A DNA stretch of 64,000 nucleotides from Histomonas meleagridis 2922-C6/04-290x (lineage: Eukaryota; Protista; Parabasalia), in NCBI GenBank assembly GCA_020184695.1, contig JAANOX010000205.1:310001-374000 (forward strand). Reading direction: 5' to 3'. Of this stretch, positions 1 through 10,141 are shown one piece after another. Within the stretch, counting starts at the first letter, position 1. Each line of letters begins with the position of its first letter. Below the pieces are notes generated by a model that saw nothing but the letters and a program-made list of their open reading frames with translations, did no database searches and had not been told where the DNA came from. The translations under genes were made by a program, and so were the position numbers.

Positions 1-387
1 TATATATATATAAAATAGAAATTTTCATAAGACTATTTCTGAAAAACTTTGATATTTCATTGTTTTTAGAGACACATGAGATTTCAAATAAAAAATTTGT
101 CTTTTGAAACTTCAATTATTCTTTTAATTAAAATTCAAGAAGTTAAAAAAAAAAATATTATTAAAATAGCATATATTATATCTAATATATAGACTTCAAT
201 TATCATCTCTATCTTTTAAATTATCGTACATGATCATCCTATTTTTGATATCACAATTCATTTCATTTGAATAAAACCCACCAACGAAAACGTTTTCATT
301 TTATTATTCAGCACAAAACCCAATATTAAATCAATCCTTAAACTATTATCTTTATCAAAACAATAGTATTTGTATATAAATGGAATT

Positions 388-1734
388 TTAAAAATCATTA
401 AATTCTTCGTTCGTTGCTAACTGCGCCGCCAATTGAATCAAAGGAGGTATAAACTTTGTCTCACATGCCATTTCTATGAAAGGATGTTTCAACAATTCCT
501 CTGCCGAAGGTCTTTGATCTGGGTCCACATTTAAACACTTATCTAGAAAATCCAAAAACTCCGGGGATCTTTGATCCTTTGCCGAAATCTCTGGTATACC
601 GACTGACACTATCATATATAAAGCCTTCATAGGTGGCACATCGACATATGGAGGTTCACCTTCTGCCAATTCTCTACAAAGAATTCCTAACGACCATATA
701 TCTACCGCAAAACTATAAGGCAATGACTTAATTAATTCAGGTGACATCCAATATGGTGTACCCACAACAGATTTCCTGAAATCGTTACTCGACGATAATT
801 GAGCGGTATAACCGAAATCTGCTAAACGTACTTCACCTGTGGGTTTCAGGAGTACGTTATCTGTTTTGATGTCTCTATGGATCTTGTTTTGCTTATGCAT
901 GTAGTCTAATGCTTTAAGGACTTCTCGAGCAAAATACGCAATGTGTGGTTCTTGGCATTCACAATATGTGGCTACATTTGTCAATGAACCACCATCCATT
1001 AATTCCATAAGAATCCAAAGGGTGGATTTGACTCTGTAAGCAGCATAAAATGATACTATGTTTTCATGATGCATGGAGGCCATTAATCGAGTTTCTTCTA
1101 AGATGGCTTCTTCATTCGTTTCATTAAGTTGCATCTCTTTGACCGCAATTGTCTCATCTAATTCGGGATGATATGCACTGTAGATAATACATGTGGAACC
1201 TTCATCAAGTTTCTCAATGTTTTTAAGAAATTTAAGAGGATTTGCTGGTTTGATGATTTGGCTAAGTGGTGGTAAATTATCATCTGATGTGGTGTTCATT
1301 TCGATTGGTGCAGGTTTTGTACTCTCATTCATGAAATTAAGGATATCTAAAACTCCTTGTGGATTTTGTAGAACTTCATCTTTGGATAAATCACTCTTCT
1401 TAAGAATCTTTTCCCATTCTGGAGGAAGTCCAGAAAAGCCTGTTTCTGAGTTAAAATCGACATGAACTTCATGGATTAAATCATATGGTGCAGAAACTAT
1501 TGGCTTTGGTTTGGCACCAGGAAGTGTTGGTTCAAGAGATGGATCTAAGTTTTTCTGAAATGAAGCTGCAGATGAAAGTGGAATGAATCCAATTAAACAT
1601 CTTGGAACATTAACGTATTGCCCAGTTTGTGAATCGATCGTTATCTTGACTCCAGCACGGACGTCATATGGCCTGGAAACCTCGAGAGATGATGAAGATT
1701 GATCGCGAGATTCCGCCTTTTTCAAACGAAACAT
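388..1734 (-). CDS. PAK/STE20-family Ser/Thr kinase with two CRIB (PBD)-like motifs
   Basis: Kinase motifs IAVKEM, HRDIKTDN, LADFG and VVGTPYWMSPEL. CRIB-like segments EVSRPYDV and IVSAPYDLIHEVHVDFNSETGFSGLPPEW. Start placed at MFRLKK (1734) because the 43 upstream codons of the ORF look like AT-rich non-coding sequence. Confidence 0.9.
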   Translation of the reverse strand: MFRLKKAESRDQSSSSLEVSRPYDVRAGVKITIDSQTGQYVNVPRCLIGFIPLSSAASFQKNLDPSLEPTLPGAKPKPIVSAPYDLIHEVHVDFNSETGFSGLPPEWEKILKKSDLSKDEVLQNPQGVLDILNFMNESTKPAPIEMNTTSDDNLPPLSQIIKPANPLKFLKNIEKLDEGSTCIIYSAYHPELDETIAVKEMQLNETNEEAILEETRLMASMHHENIVSFYAAYRVKSTLWILMELMDGGSLTNVATYCECQEPHIAYFAREVLKALDYMHKQNKIHRDIKTDNVLLKPTGEVRLADFGYTAQLSSSNDFRKSVVGTPYWMSPELIKSLPYSFAVDIWSLGILCRELAEGEPPYVDVPPMKALYMIVSVGIPEISAKDQRSPEFLDFLDKCLNVDPDQRPSAEELLKHPFIEMACETKFIPPLIQLAAQLATNEEFNDF

Positions 1735-2309
1735 TTTGGGAAAAGTGACACAAATTTTAAAATGGAGAAAAATATCCACTTTGTAAGGGAAGATTACAAT
1801 ATTTATTTGTTTTATGTATAAATTTGTTCGAACATTATTCTTTAGGTTGAATTTATTTGCCATAATAAAGAAGAAAAATTTAATTTTTGAATAGAAGTGT
1901 GTAAGTTTATTTCACTAAAAAAAATTCGCTGCGAAGGTCCTTAACGTCCATTTCTCAGAAATTTCATGTTAATTCAAAAGTGTTCCGGCTTTTCATAGGT
2001 TACCTCAAAAAAACAGTCAAAATGACGAAGAAACTGTACAAATTGAGAGGAACGCCACTTTTTACAAAATTTTGCGAGGTACCAGAATTCCGGATGATCA
2101 CCGAAAATCCTCGAATTTTTTCTTAGCTTAATCCCTAAAATTTTAATCAAAATATACAAAGAATGACGAAGGTATTCATTATATATTTGATTTTAAACGG
2201 AAACAAGAAATTGTCAATTGATGAAATATTATTTTTTGCTTTATATCTACAATTAAAATACATATTTACACTAACTTTAAAAAAACAAATTATATTCCAA
2301 ACTCTATGT

Positions 2310-3344
2310 TTACATTTCGTATTGAAGTAATAAAACATTTGTCTTTTGCTTTAGAACTGTCTCTAATTTTACAGCACTAACTTTCTTATCATTTGCGCAG
2401 ATCCATCTTTCTGGGAACGGAGGTTTATCATTTTTATGAATGCGATAAGACATATAATGACCTGCATTATCAGATCCAGTAAATGTTACAACAGAAGTTA
2501 ACTTATATTCGCTGTCTCTATTTTGTACCACTTCCGAAATTCCATTCAATGAAATCTTCAAAAAATTATCACTTTGACGTTCTGTGTATTCTCTTTGAAT
2601 TGCAGAATATTCACTCATATTCAAACAAAGGGGAAATGAAAATGGTGCTAATGACGGTCTAAGTGATTCTGTGTATTGTCTCCTGTTAATAAAAAACAAA
2701 ATAACTTTTGGAAGAAATAATAATTTTCGAGACATAATACGATTGTTATATTCACCACATCTACTACAACGAGATCGAACTATAATACGACCAAAGTAGT
2801 TATTAAGTGCATTTGTTAAGGTCGAATGTTCAATATCAAGAATTACAAATGAAGTTTGATTAATGGAACGAGTCATAGAACCACATACAGGACATTCAAC
2901 AGTTTCTTCGTAAATAAAATTTGATGGAAAAATTCTTTTTGTTGCAAATGCAGAAAATGAAACAGTTGTATATTGTTTGAAAAGTGATTCTAAAATATCT
3001 AAAAGATGAGTATAAAATTCATGGAAATCTTGCTGTCTAGATATTGATGTTGATATTCCAATTTTTGAAAGTTCTTTTCTACATTTTGATGTTTGTAAAG
3101 CTGGTTTAATTTGAAATGGTTGTCTTAACTGATTTATTACAATTGAAAATTCTTCTAATACTGGATGTATATGTGCATTATTATTGAAAAAATTTGTCCA
3201 ATGTGATGAAGAAGCAAATGTTTGTAACAATGAATTAAAATAACATAAATTTCCAGGATTACTTAAACCAGGAGGAATAAATGTAGAATATTGAGGATAT
3301 AACAAATTTTGCTGATCTTGTGAATGAGAAAATATCGAAAACAT
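2310..3344 (-). CDS. Ubiquitin C-terminal hydrolase (USP, peptidase C19)
   Basis: Cys box GLSNPGNLCYFNSLLQ, QQDFHEF, His box GHYMSYR and ANDKKV. Confidence 0.9.
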   Translation of the reverse strand: MFSIFSHSQDQQNLLYPQYSTFIPPGLSNPGNLCYFNSLLQTFASSSHWTNFFNNNAHIHPVLEEFSIVINQLRQPFQIKPALQTSKCRKELSKIGISTSISRQQDFHEFYTHLLDILESLFKQYTTVSFSAFATKRIFPSNFIYEETVECPVCGSMTRSINQTSFVILDIEHSTLTNALNNYFGRIIVRSRCSRCGEYNNRIMSRKLLFLPKVILFFINRRQYTESLRPSLAPFSFPLCLNMSEYSAIQREYTERQSDNFLKISLNGISEVVQNRDSEYKLTSVVTFTGSDNAGHYMSYRIHKNDKPPFPERWICANDKKVSAVKLETVLKQKTNVLLLQYEM

Positions 3345-3480
3345 TTGTTGATGAATATTTTGACAAATGCTGTTAATTTTTTCAATCAGATTGGCTGCTA
3401 AACCCCTATCGTCTTTTTTCTTTTTTTTTTGTAACGAACAAAGATAGTTAATTCACTTAATTATCTTGATATCAAAATAA

Positions 3481-6400
3481 ATGAACAACGATCCTATCTA
3501 CAAGGCACTTTCTGGTCTTGTTGATTCAGCCCTTGGCTCAGAACAATCATTAAAAGATTATGATTTTGATTTTTATGTTGATGATCTAAGATATCAAATC
3601 ATTGAACATTTTAATTACCATAAATTAGATGAAGTGCCAGAATTCTTAGATAAAATGGTTTTTTATGCAAAACAATTTGGTGTTGTAGATGACAAAAGAA
3701 AAAGATATGCAGCATCAGTTGTAGCAGCAACAATCATAACTTTATTTCCATTTGATGATTTAATTCCACAACTTGAACCAATTATAGAAAAACTTTTAAG
3801 GCCTGGATTTAAACGTTTAGTTATAATAGGTGCAATGGTCGTTGGTAAAATTGGATTAGTTAATGGTCCAAATCGAGATCATTTTGTCCATGTTTTAATA
3901 GAGAAATATTCCAAAATGCTTGAGTCGCATGGTAAAAAAGAAAGTTTATTTGTAGCTGCTGTAGTATTAAAACAATTAGCAAATTCAGCACCTGAACATA
4001 TTTTTATATATCCTGATTTTGCTGATACAATTCTAATAGGAATTCATTATGGTGATACTAATGTCCGAGATTTATGTATAGAAATTGTTGACATATTATT
4101 TCATTCTAAATCAGCATCAGTTGGAATGTTTTTCTTAACGGATTTTTTGGACACGTTAAGACGAGAGACCGTTAAGAAGATTTCAAACGGTCCCCCTGAT
4201 GAAATAGTCGCACATTTAAAATTATTACAAATATTATTTAAACAAAAACCACCTGTATCTGAACAATTTGCAGGAGAGAAGATTTATCCTATTTGTATTG
4301 AAAATCTTACTTCATCACATTTTGAAGTTATGTATCATTCAATTAAAATTATCTTATATTTAAATAATATGAAAATAATTAAAACGGATAACATTCAAAT
4401 TAAAATAATATTTAATCAATTATTACAATGGTCAGCAAAACGAATTCAAAATGTCGAAAGTTTATATGTATTATCAATTAGTTCATATCCAGAATATATA
4501 ACAAATGAATTTGATCAAATCATTGATCAAATCTCAATAATGATGAAGACTATACCTAAGAACAATGGCTTACCATTAATATTTAGTATTATTATAGCAA
4601 TCATTAAAATTATTCAAGACATTCCAAAACTTAATCAATTATTTAAATTAATTGATGAAATAATGAGAGAATCAATAGCTCCGACACCAATACATATTTT
4701 AATACAAGCATTAAATGAAACTAAACCTGATTGGAACTCAACCTTACGACGCTATAAACAAATTTTAATACGAATGATACATGAATTATTAAGTGAACCA
4801 TTTCAACGTTGGGAAGCAGTTGTTATATCATTTAATGCTTTAGATCAAATTCATATGATATCATATCCTGATGCAGTTATGTTTCATTCATTGATTATGA
4901 ATTTCATTGATTCTTCTGATTGGCAAATTCGAGAACGAGTTGCATATAGTGCAATCCATATCTTTCAAGATTACATTGATAAAATGCCATTAGAGTCAAT
5001 CAAAAGACTTGTCGATTTAGCAGTAGATGATCCTGTTCGATCAGTACGAAAGAAGACATTATTTTCATTTACACCTGAAGTTTATATCTTTTTAGCACAA
5101 CCTGAAATCATATTAAAGTTTTCAAGTTTAATTCAAGATGAATCTTATATGATACGAAAACAAACAATTGAAATTTTAGGACATTTAGTACCAACTACAA
5201 GTGCATCTATTTTACGTGAATTATTACTTACAACACTTCGACAATTACCAGATAAATATAACCCGATTATACCATCAAGGATTACTGATAATTTCCCACA
5301 TTTAATTTGGGCTTCAAGGAATTTCATACATTTATATGCTAAAGCTATTTATAATCGATTTATAAAGATGCTTAATGAACGATTTAATAATCAAAGTTAT
5401 AATGATCGATCATTAATCTATATGAACTCCGCACAATTAATTGAAATTGATGGTTCGATAATTAAAGCATTAGCACGAGTTAATGAGTTATGTCCACAAC
5501 AAGCACCATCAGTACCAATTATTCATGTTTTATCTAATATTTTAATGCAACCAGTACATCCATGGACTAAAGTTCATGCGTTAAAAGCATTAAAGAATAT
5601 ATGTCAAGGAGGTGAAGAAGTTGCATATATCATGAAGAATTATCCACGATTAGTACAATGTTTATTAAAACTAATTCGTGAAAATTCATCATTAAAGATT
5701 GTTACGAAAAGTTTAAAAATCCTTGGAACTATAGGACTTTCTAGTAATTTACCGACAGCTTTATCTAAGCGTAAAGATGTATTTACATTTCGATCATTCT
5801 TTACAAGTCTTATCCAATTTAAGCGGTATATCTTACGCTTATTATTTGATTATTTATTTAATCAATTTAAAAAACCTATGATTGATACTAAGAAAGAAGT
5901 TATTGCGAAAGTTATCACTGATTTATTTGTAGCTGATCCAGATTCGATAGCACAATATGTAGCACATTTCTTTAATGTATTTTTACCTTCTTTTTCTACA
6001 GTATCAGTTAAAACATTAAAAATATTTTTACATTGTTTAACTACTGTTATTAAATTATCAAGTCGTTTAATAGTACCATATGTTACTACTGTATTTCAAG
6101 CTATTGAAAGTTTATGGAGACAACAATATACTATTGAAGCTTCACGTGTAATTCGTGCATTAATTGAAGCAGCTTATGGGCAATGTGATTCAATGTTACA
6201 TTTAGTAGTACCGATATGTTTTCATTTAATTAAATTTAAAAGTCAAAATAGTGCAATTGAATTATTTAAATTATTACGTGTAACAGCTGATTATACACCA
6301 TCATATTTAAGTATTATTATTCAAGGAATATCAGATATAGCAGGAGAACCTGAAACACCAGATAATATATTAGGATTATGTTTAAAGACACTTAAATTTA

Positions 6401-9400
6401 TTGTAAAACATTGTGATTGTGTAGAATATTTACCAACAATAAAACGTTGTGTTGTTAAATTAAAAAATAATAGTGGAGTTAAATATAAAGAAGCTGCTAT
6501 TTCATTATTAGATGCAATATCTGAACGTAAAAATGAAGATGATGATTTCGAAGATGATGATTTCGAACCAAGACCTGCACCACCAGATGTAACTGATTCA
6601 GATCCATCGATATTATTTGATTATTTAAAGTTACCACGTGAAAGAGATGACGTAACATTAAATCGTTGGTATAATGAATTAGAAAACAAATTAATTGAAA
6701 TTGTACCTTCACCTGTAATTAGAGCTTTATTACCATTAAAAACATTTCATGGATTAACGCCCAAATTCACATTTAAATTTGCGTTTATATTAAATTGGTT
6801 AAATAGTACAAGTTTAATTAAGGCGAAATATGCAGATTTCTTAAATTTAATATTTAAATGTAAAGAATTACCTAATTATGTTGCAAATCAATTTATAGAT
6901 TTAGTAGAGTTTTCAATATTAAGTGAAATAGATTTAAGACTTAACATTGAAACATTAATGTCATTTTGTGAGAAACGTAAATATTATGCTAAAGCATTAT
7001 TAATTATAGAGAATTCAGATCCAATATTTCCTATCCAAAAAATTGTCGGATTAAATATTGCTATGGGACGTACATTAGAAGCATCTTCTTTAGCTACTAT
7101 TAATAACATTAGTATGAATTATAAACTTTGGATGAACTTAGAGAATTGGGAAGTTGCATTATCCGAAATAATGAAAACAGTTGATCCTTCACGTTATATA
7201 TATCATCAAGTAGTATGTATGGCAGCATTAGAAGATTGGGATGGAATCTTAGAAAAGAAAAACAATTTTTATGAACTAGGATATATTGATCAAGTACAAA
7301 TAGCTCGATATTTCATGACTGCTGAGATGTGGAATGGGAATAAAGAATCAGCATTAGAGTTCATGAATTCGACAAATGGTTTTAGTGTAGATGATCAAAT
7401 AATGAGAGCTATAGTATTACTTAAAATGAAAGATATAGAAAAGGCTCATCATGCAATACATATTGGTTGGCGTTATTTAGCATCTCATGTAAGTTCTATA
7501 GAGAAACATAATAAGAACTTAATCGAAAAAGAATTATTCCAAGCTCAACAATTATTAGAGTTAAGTGAAGTTATGTTTTGCTTACGAAAACCAGAACAAA
7601 CAGAATTCATGGATAGAGCTTGGGTAGCACGCTTAAGAAATATCGAGAATGAACCAAACAAACAAAAAGAATTATTCAAAATTAGAGCACTTGTACCTAA
7701 CTTAAGACATTTCGATGTACATATGTTAAATATTATATCATATTATATATGGTTAGGTCAAAGATCAGTAGCACAACGTTTATGTGATATATTCTTCCCA
7801 CAAGATTCAGATCATGCAAAATATGTACAATGTGAATTAATCGGAAAAGAAGAAAAAATCGATGAAATGTTACAATTAGCAGAGAAAACACAATCGAAAG
7901 AATTAGCAAGTCGATTACATGAACTTGTCGGTAATATTAAACTTAAGCGCTTTAATTCGATTGAAGATTTACAAGATGTAGCTAATCAATTCATGTTAGC
8001 AGATAAATCACATACGAAGATTGCAAATGTTAATATATTATTAGCCCTTGCTACTAATGATCCTAAATATGCAAAGTTAGCAGTACAATCATTAGCTAAA
8101 TGTATTAAAACGAAGCCAATTAAATGTAATATATTTGCACATAAATTATTAGGGATTACTATTAGTTTCTCAAATGATAATGAAGTATTTAATGAACTTT
8201 TAAATGCGATTAATTTATTACCAAATAATATATTGCCTTTAATTATGGTTAGTTCATTCCAATTATTATTAAATAATTCTACAAATGTACAAAAAATAGC
8301 ATTTAAGATATGTTTGAACTTGATTTCGAATTATCCACAATATTCAGGTTTCCATTTATTAGTAATGGAAAAGTTAAATCCAAACATAGAATCACTCGAA
8401 ATTTTATATGATCATTTACAAATGGATTCGCCAATTATATTCTCACAAGTTTCATTAATACATAATCAATTAATAAAGATATCAAATCCTTTCAATAAGA
8501 AATTCACAGAACAAATTAATGAAGCGAAAAAACAATTCATAAATGGAAATAATAAAGAAGCATATCAAATATTATATCAATTAATGTTATCATTCGCTTC
8601 ACAACCAAGTTCGAATTTGGATAAACAACTTAAAGATATTTGTAAGCCAATATATAAAAAGATTTGGAAGAAAATAGAAGAACATAATGGAAACTTAAAT
8701 GACTCCGACTTTTATGCTTTAGCTTCGTTAGTGTCGGAAATTAATAAGAGATATGAATCAATGCATATAATTCGATTGTCATCAATATCGGAACATTTGG
8801 AAAGGAAATCAAAATGGTCTTTGAACATTTTGGGAAGACAATCATTATATAACGATGGAATTAGAATCCAAAAATTCTTCCATTGTATTGGTAATTCAAG
8901 TGATAATTTACATATAACTATAATAGGTAATGATGGGAAGCGTTATAACTTCCAATTAATGGATTTGATCAATTTGAATATTAAACCTTTGGTCATTCAT
9001 CAATTCGTAAATTTGCTAAGTACGATATTGGTGGATATTCATAGGGTAATACAAGGGTCGATAATCCAATTAACAAATTCATTATATTTATATGAAATTC
9101 CAAAAAATCAAATTTCTATGTACGAAATGATTACCGTTTACCAACAAAGCAAACAAATTATCCCAGAAGCAGAACAAATAGCTCTTAGAGGAATAGCAAA
9201 GGATTCTTATCAGAACTTAACTTTGACAGATAAAATCCACGCATTGAAAAAGTTGAGGCAGAGCACGTTATTCGATTCAAACGAATTATATCGCGCACTT
9301 TTGGTTACATCAAAGGATGCCGATTCTTGGGCTCATAGAATGTCCGAATTTTCATTTTCGTTGGGCGCTTTATCTGCTATTTCTTATATCATTGGTACTG

Positions 9401-9870
9401 TGGATAGTTCTCCTCAACAAATTTTAATTAGTAAGACAAAAGGTTCAGTTACATTTATGAAATTTTCAGGTATATATGAAAAACAAGCTGTACCTTTTAG
9501 ATTAACTCCTATGATTGAAAACGCTCTTGGTAGATATGGTGTGCAAGGTCCATTTTCGAAAAGTTTTGTGATGGTAATGCGCGCAATACGTAAATCACTT
9601 TTACCATTCGCGCCTTTGTTACAATTAACTTACGGAGATCCTCCTTTTGATAAGCCAATGATGCCAAAGAATTTCTTGAAAACTATTGGAATTAATGAGA
9701 AAAATTATATTGGCGACGAAAAGGAACAAAAACATTTGGACGAACTGTACGAAAGAATGGAAGGTCTGAAGGGCAAAACTTTCGAACAGGAATTGGAAAT
9801 ATTAATTGAAAAGGCAAAAGATATTAAAAACATTGTGATGATGCCTGCGAAATGGTGTCCGTGGTGGTGA
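3481..9870 (+). CDS. TOR-like PIKK-family protein (HEAT-FAT-FRB-like-kinase-like-FATC), predicted pseudokinase
   Basis: 2129-aa ORF with HEAT-like repeats, VPFRLTPMIENALG and a terminal FATC KWCPWW. The catalytic DRH..N and DFG positions read DSS..Q and KFS. Confidence 0.8.
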   Translation: MNNDPIYKALSGLVDSALGSEQSLKDYDFDFYVDDLRYQIIEHFNYHKLDEVPEFLDKMVFYAKQFGVVDDKRKRYAASVVAATIITLFPFDDLIPQLEPIIEKLLRPGFKRLVIIGAMVVGKIGLVNGPNRDHFVHVLIEKYSKMLESHGKKESLFVAAVVLKQLANSAPEHIFIYPDFADTILIGIHYGDTNVRDLCIEIVDILFHSKSASVGMFFLTDFLDTLRRETVKKISNGPPDEIVAHLKLLQILFKQKPPVSEQFAGEKIYPICIENLTSSHFEVMYHSIKIILYLNNMKIIKTDNIQIKIIFNQLLQWSAKRIQNVESLYVLSISSYPEYITNEFDQIIDQISIMMKTIPKNNGLPLIFSIIIAIIKIIQDIPKLNQLFKLIDEIMRESIAPTPIHILIQALNETKPDWNSTLRRYKQILIRMIHELLSEPFQRWEAVVISFNALDQIHMISYPDAVMFHSLIMNFIDSSDWQIRERVAYSAIHIFQDYIDKMPLESIKRLVDLAVDDPVRSVRKKTLFSFTPEVYIFLAQPEIILKFSSLIQDESYMIRKQTIEILGHLVPTTSASILRELLLTTLRQLPDKYNPIIPSRITDNFPHLIWASRNFIHLYAKAIYNRFIKMLNERFNNQSYNDRSLIYMNSAQLIEIDGSIIKALARVNELCPQQAPSVPIIHVLSNILMQPVHPWTKVHALKALKNICQGGEEVAYIMKNYPRLVQCLLKLIRENSSLKIVTKSLKILGTIGLSSNLPTALSKRKDVFTFRSFFTSLIQFKRYILRLLFDYLFNQFKKPMIDTKKEVIAKVITDLFVADPDSIAQYVAHFFNVFLPSFSTVSVKTLKIFLHCLTTVIKLSSRLIVPYVTTVFQAIESLWRQQYTIEASRVIRALIEAAYGQCDSMLHLVVPICFHLIKFKSQNSAIELFKLLRVTADYTPSYLSIIIQGISDIAGEPETPDNILGLCLKTLKFIVKHCDCVEYLPTIKRCVVKLKNNSGVKYKEAAISLLDAISERKNEDDDFEDDDFEPRPAPPDVTDSDPSILFDYLKLPRERDDVTLNRWYNELENKLIEIVPSPVIRALLPLKTFHGLTPKFTFKFAFILNWLNSTSLIKAKYADFLNLIFKCKELPNYVANQFIDLVEFSILSEIDLRLNIETLMSFCEKRKYYAKALLIIENSDPIFPIQKIVGLNIAMGRTLEASSLATINNISMNYKLWMNLENWEVALSEIMKTVDPSRYIYHQVVCMAALEDWDGILEKKNNFYELGYIDQVQIARYFMTAEMWNGNKESALEFMNSTNGFSVDDQIMRAIVLLKMKDIEKAHHAIHIGWRYLASHVSSIEKHNKNLIEKELFQAQQLLELSEVMFCLRKPEQTEFMDRAWVARLRNIENEPNKQKELFKIRALVPNLRHFDVHMLNIISYYIWLGQRSVAQRLCDIFFPQDSDHAKYVQCELIGKEEKIDEMLQLAEKTQSKELASRLHELVGNIKLKRFNSIEDLQDVANQFMLADKSHTKIANVNILLALATNDPKYAKLAVQSLAKCIKTKPIKCNIFAHKLLGITISFSNDNEVFNELLNAINLLPNNILPLIMVSSFQLLLNNSTNVQKIAFKICLNLISNYPQYSGFHLLVMEKLNPNIESLEILYDHLQMDSPIIFSQVSLIHNQLIKISNPFNKKFTEQINEAKKQFINGNNKEAYQILYQLMLSFASQPSSNLDKQLKDICKPIYKKIWKKIEEHNGNLNDSDFYALASLVSEINKRYESMHIIRLSSISEHLERKSKWSLNILGRQSLYNDGIRIQKFFHCIGNSSDNLHITIIGNDGKRYNFQLMDLINLNIKPLVIHQFVNLLSTILVDIHRVIQGSIIQLTNSLYLYEIPKNQISMYEMITVYQQSKQIIPEAEQIALRGIAKDSYQNLTLTDKIHALKKLRQSTLFDSNELYRALLVTSKDADSWAHRMSEFSFSLGALSAISYIIGTVDSSPQQILISKTKGSVTFMKFSGIYEKQAVPFRLTPMIENALGRYGVQGPFSKSFVMVMRAIRKSLLPFAPLLQLTYGDPPFDKPMMPKNFLKTIGINEKNYIGDEKEQKHLDELYERMEGLKGKTFEQELEILIEKAKDIKNIVMMPAKWCPWW

Positions 9871-10141
9871 CGTCATTAGGAAATGTCTTTTTGTTTGAGA
9901 AGTTTCTAAATTTTAACTTTATATGAATATATTAATTTTTAATTTTCAATTTTTTGAAAGTTATTAAATACTTCAAAGTTAATCATATTGAGTTTCATAA
10001 TGTATTTGTTGATTCCATTTTAAAAAAGTTGATTTCGCATTTTTTTTCAGGTTTGGTTTACAAAAAATAGAAAAATTTTATTTTTGATTTTCCAAAGATA
10101 AATATCAATAATACACAATTTATACAATTTTATGTTCTAGC

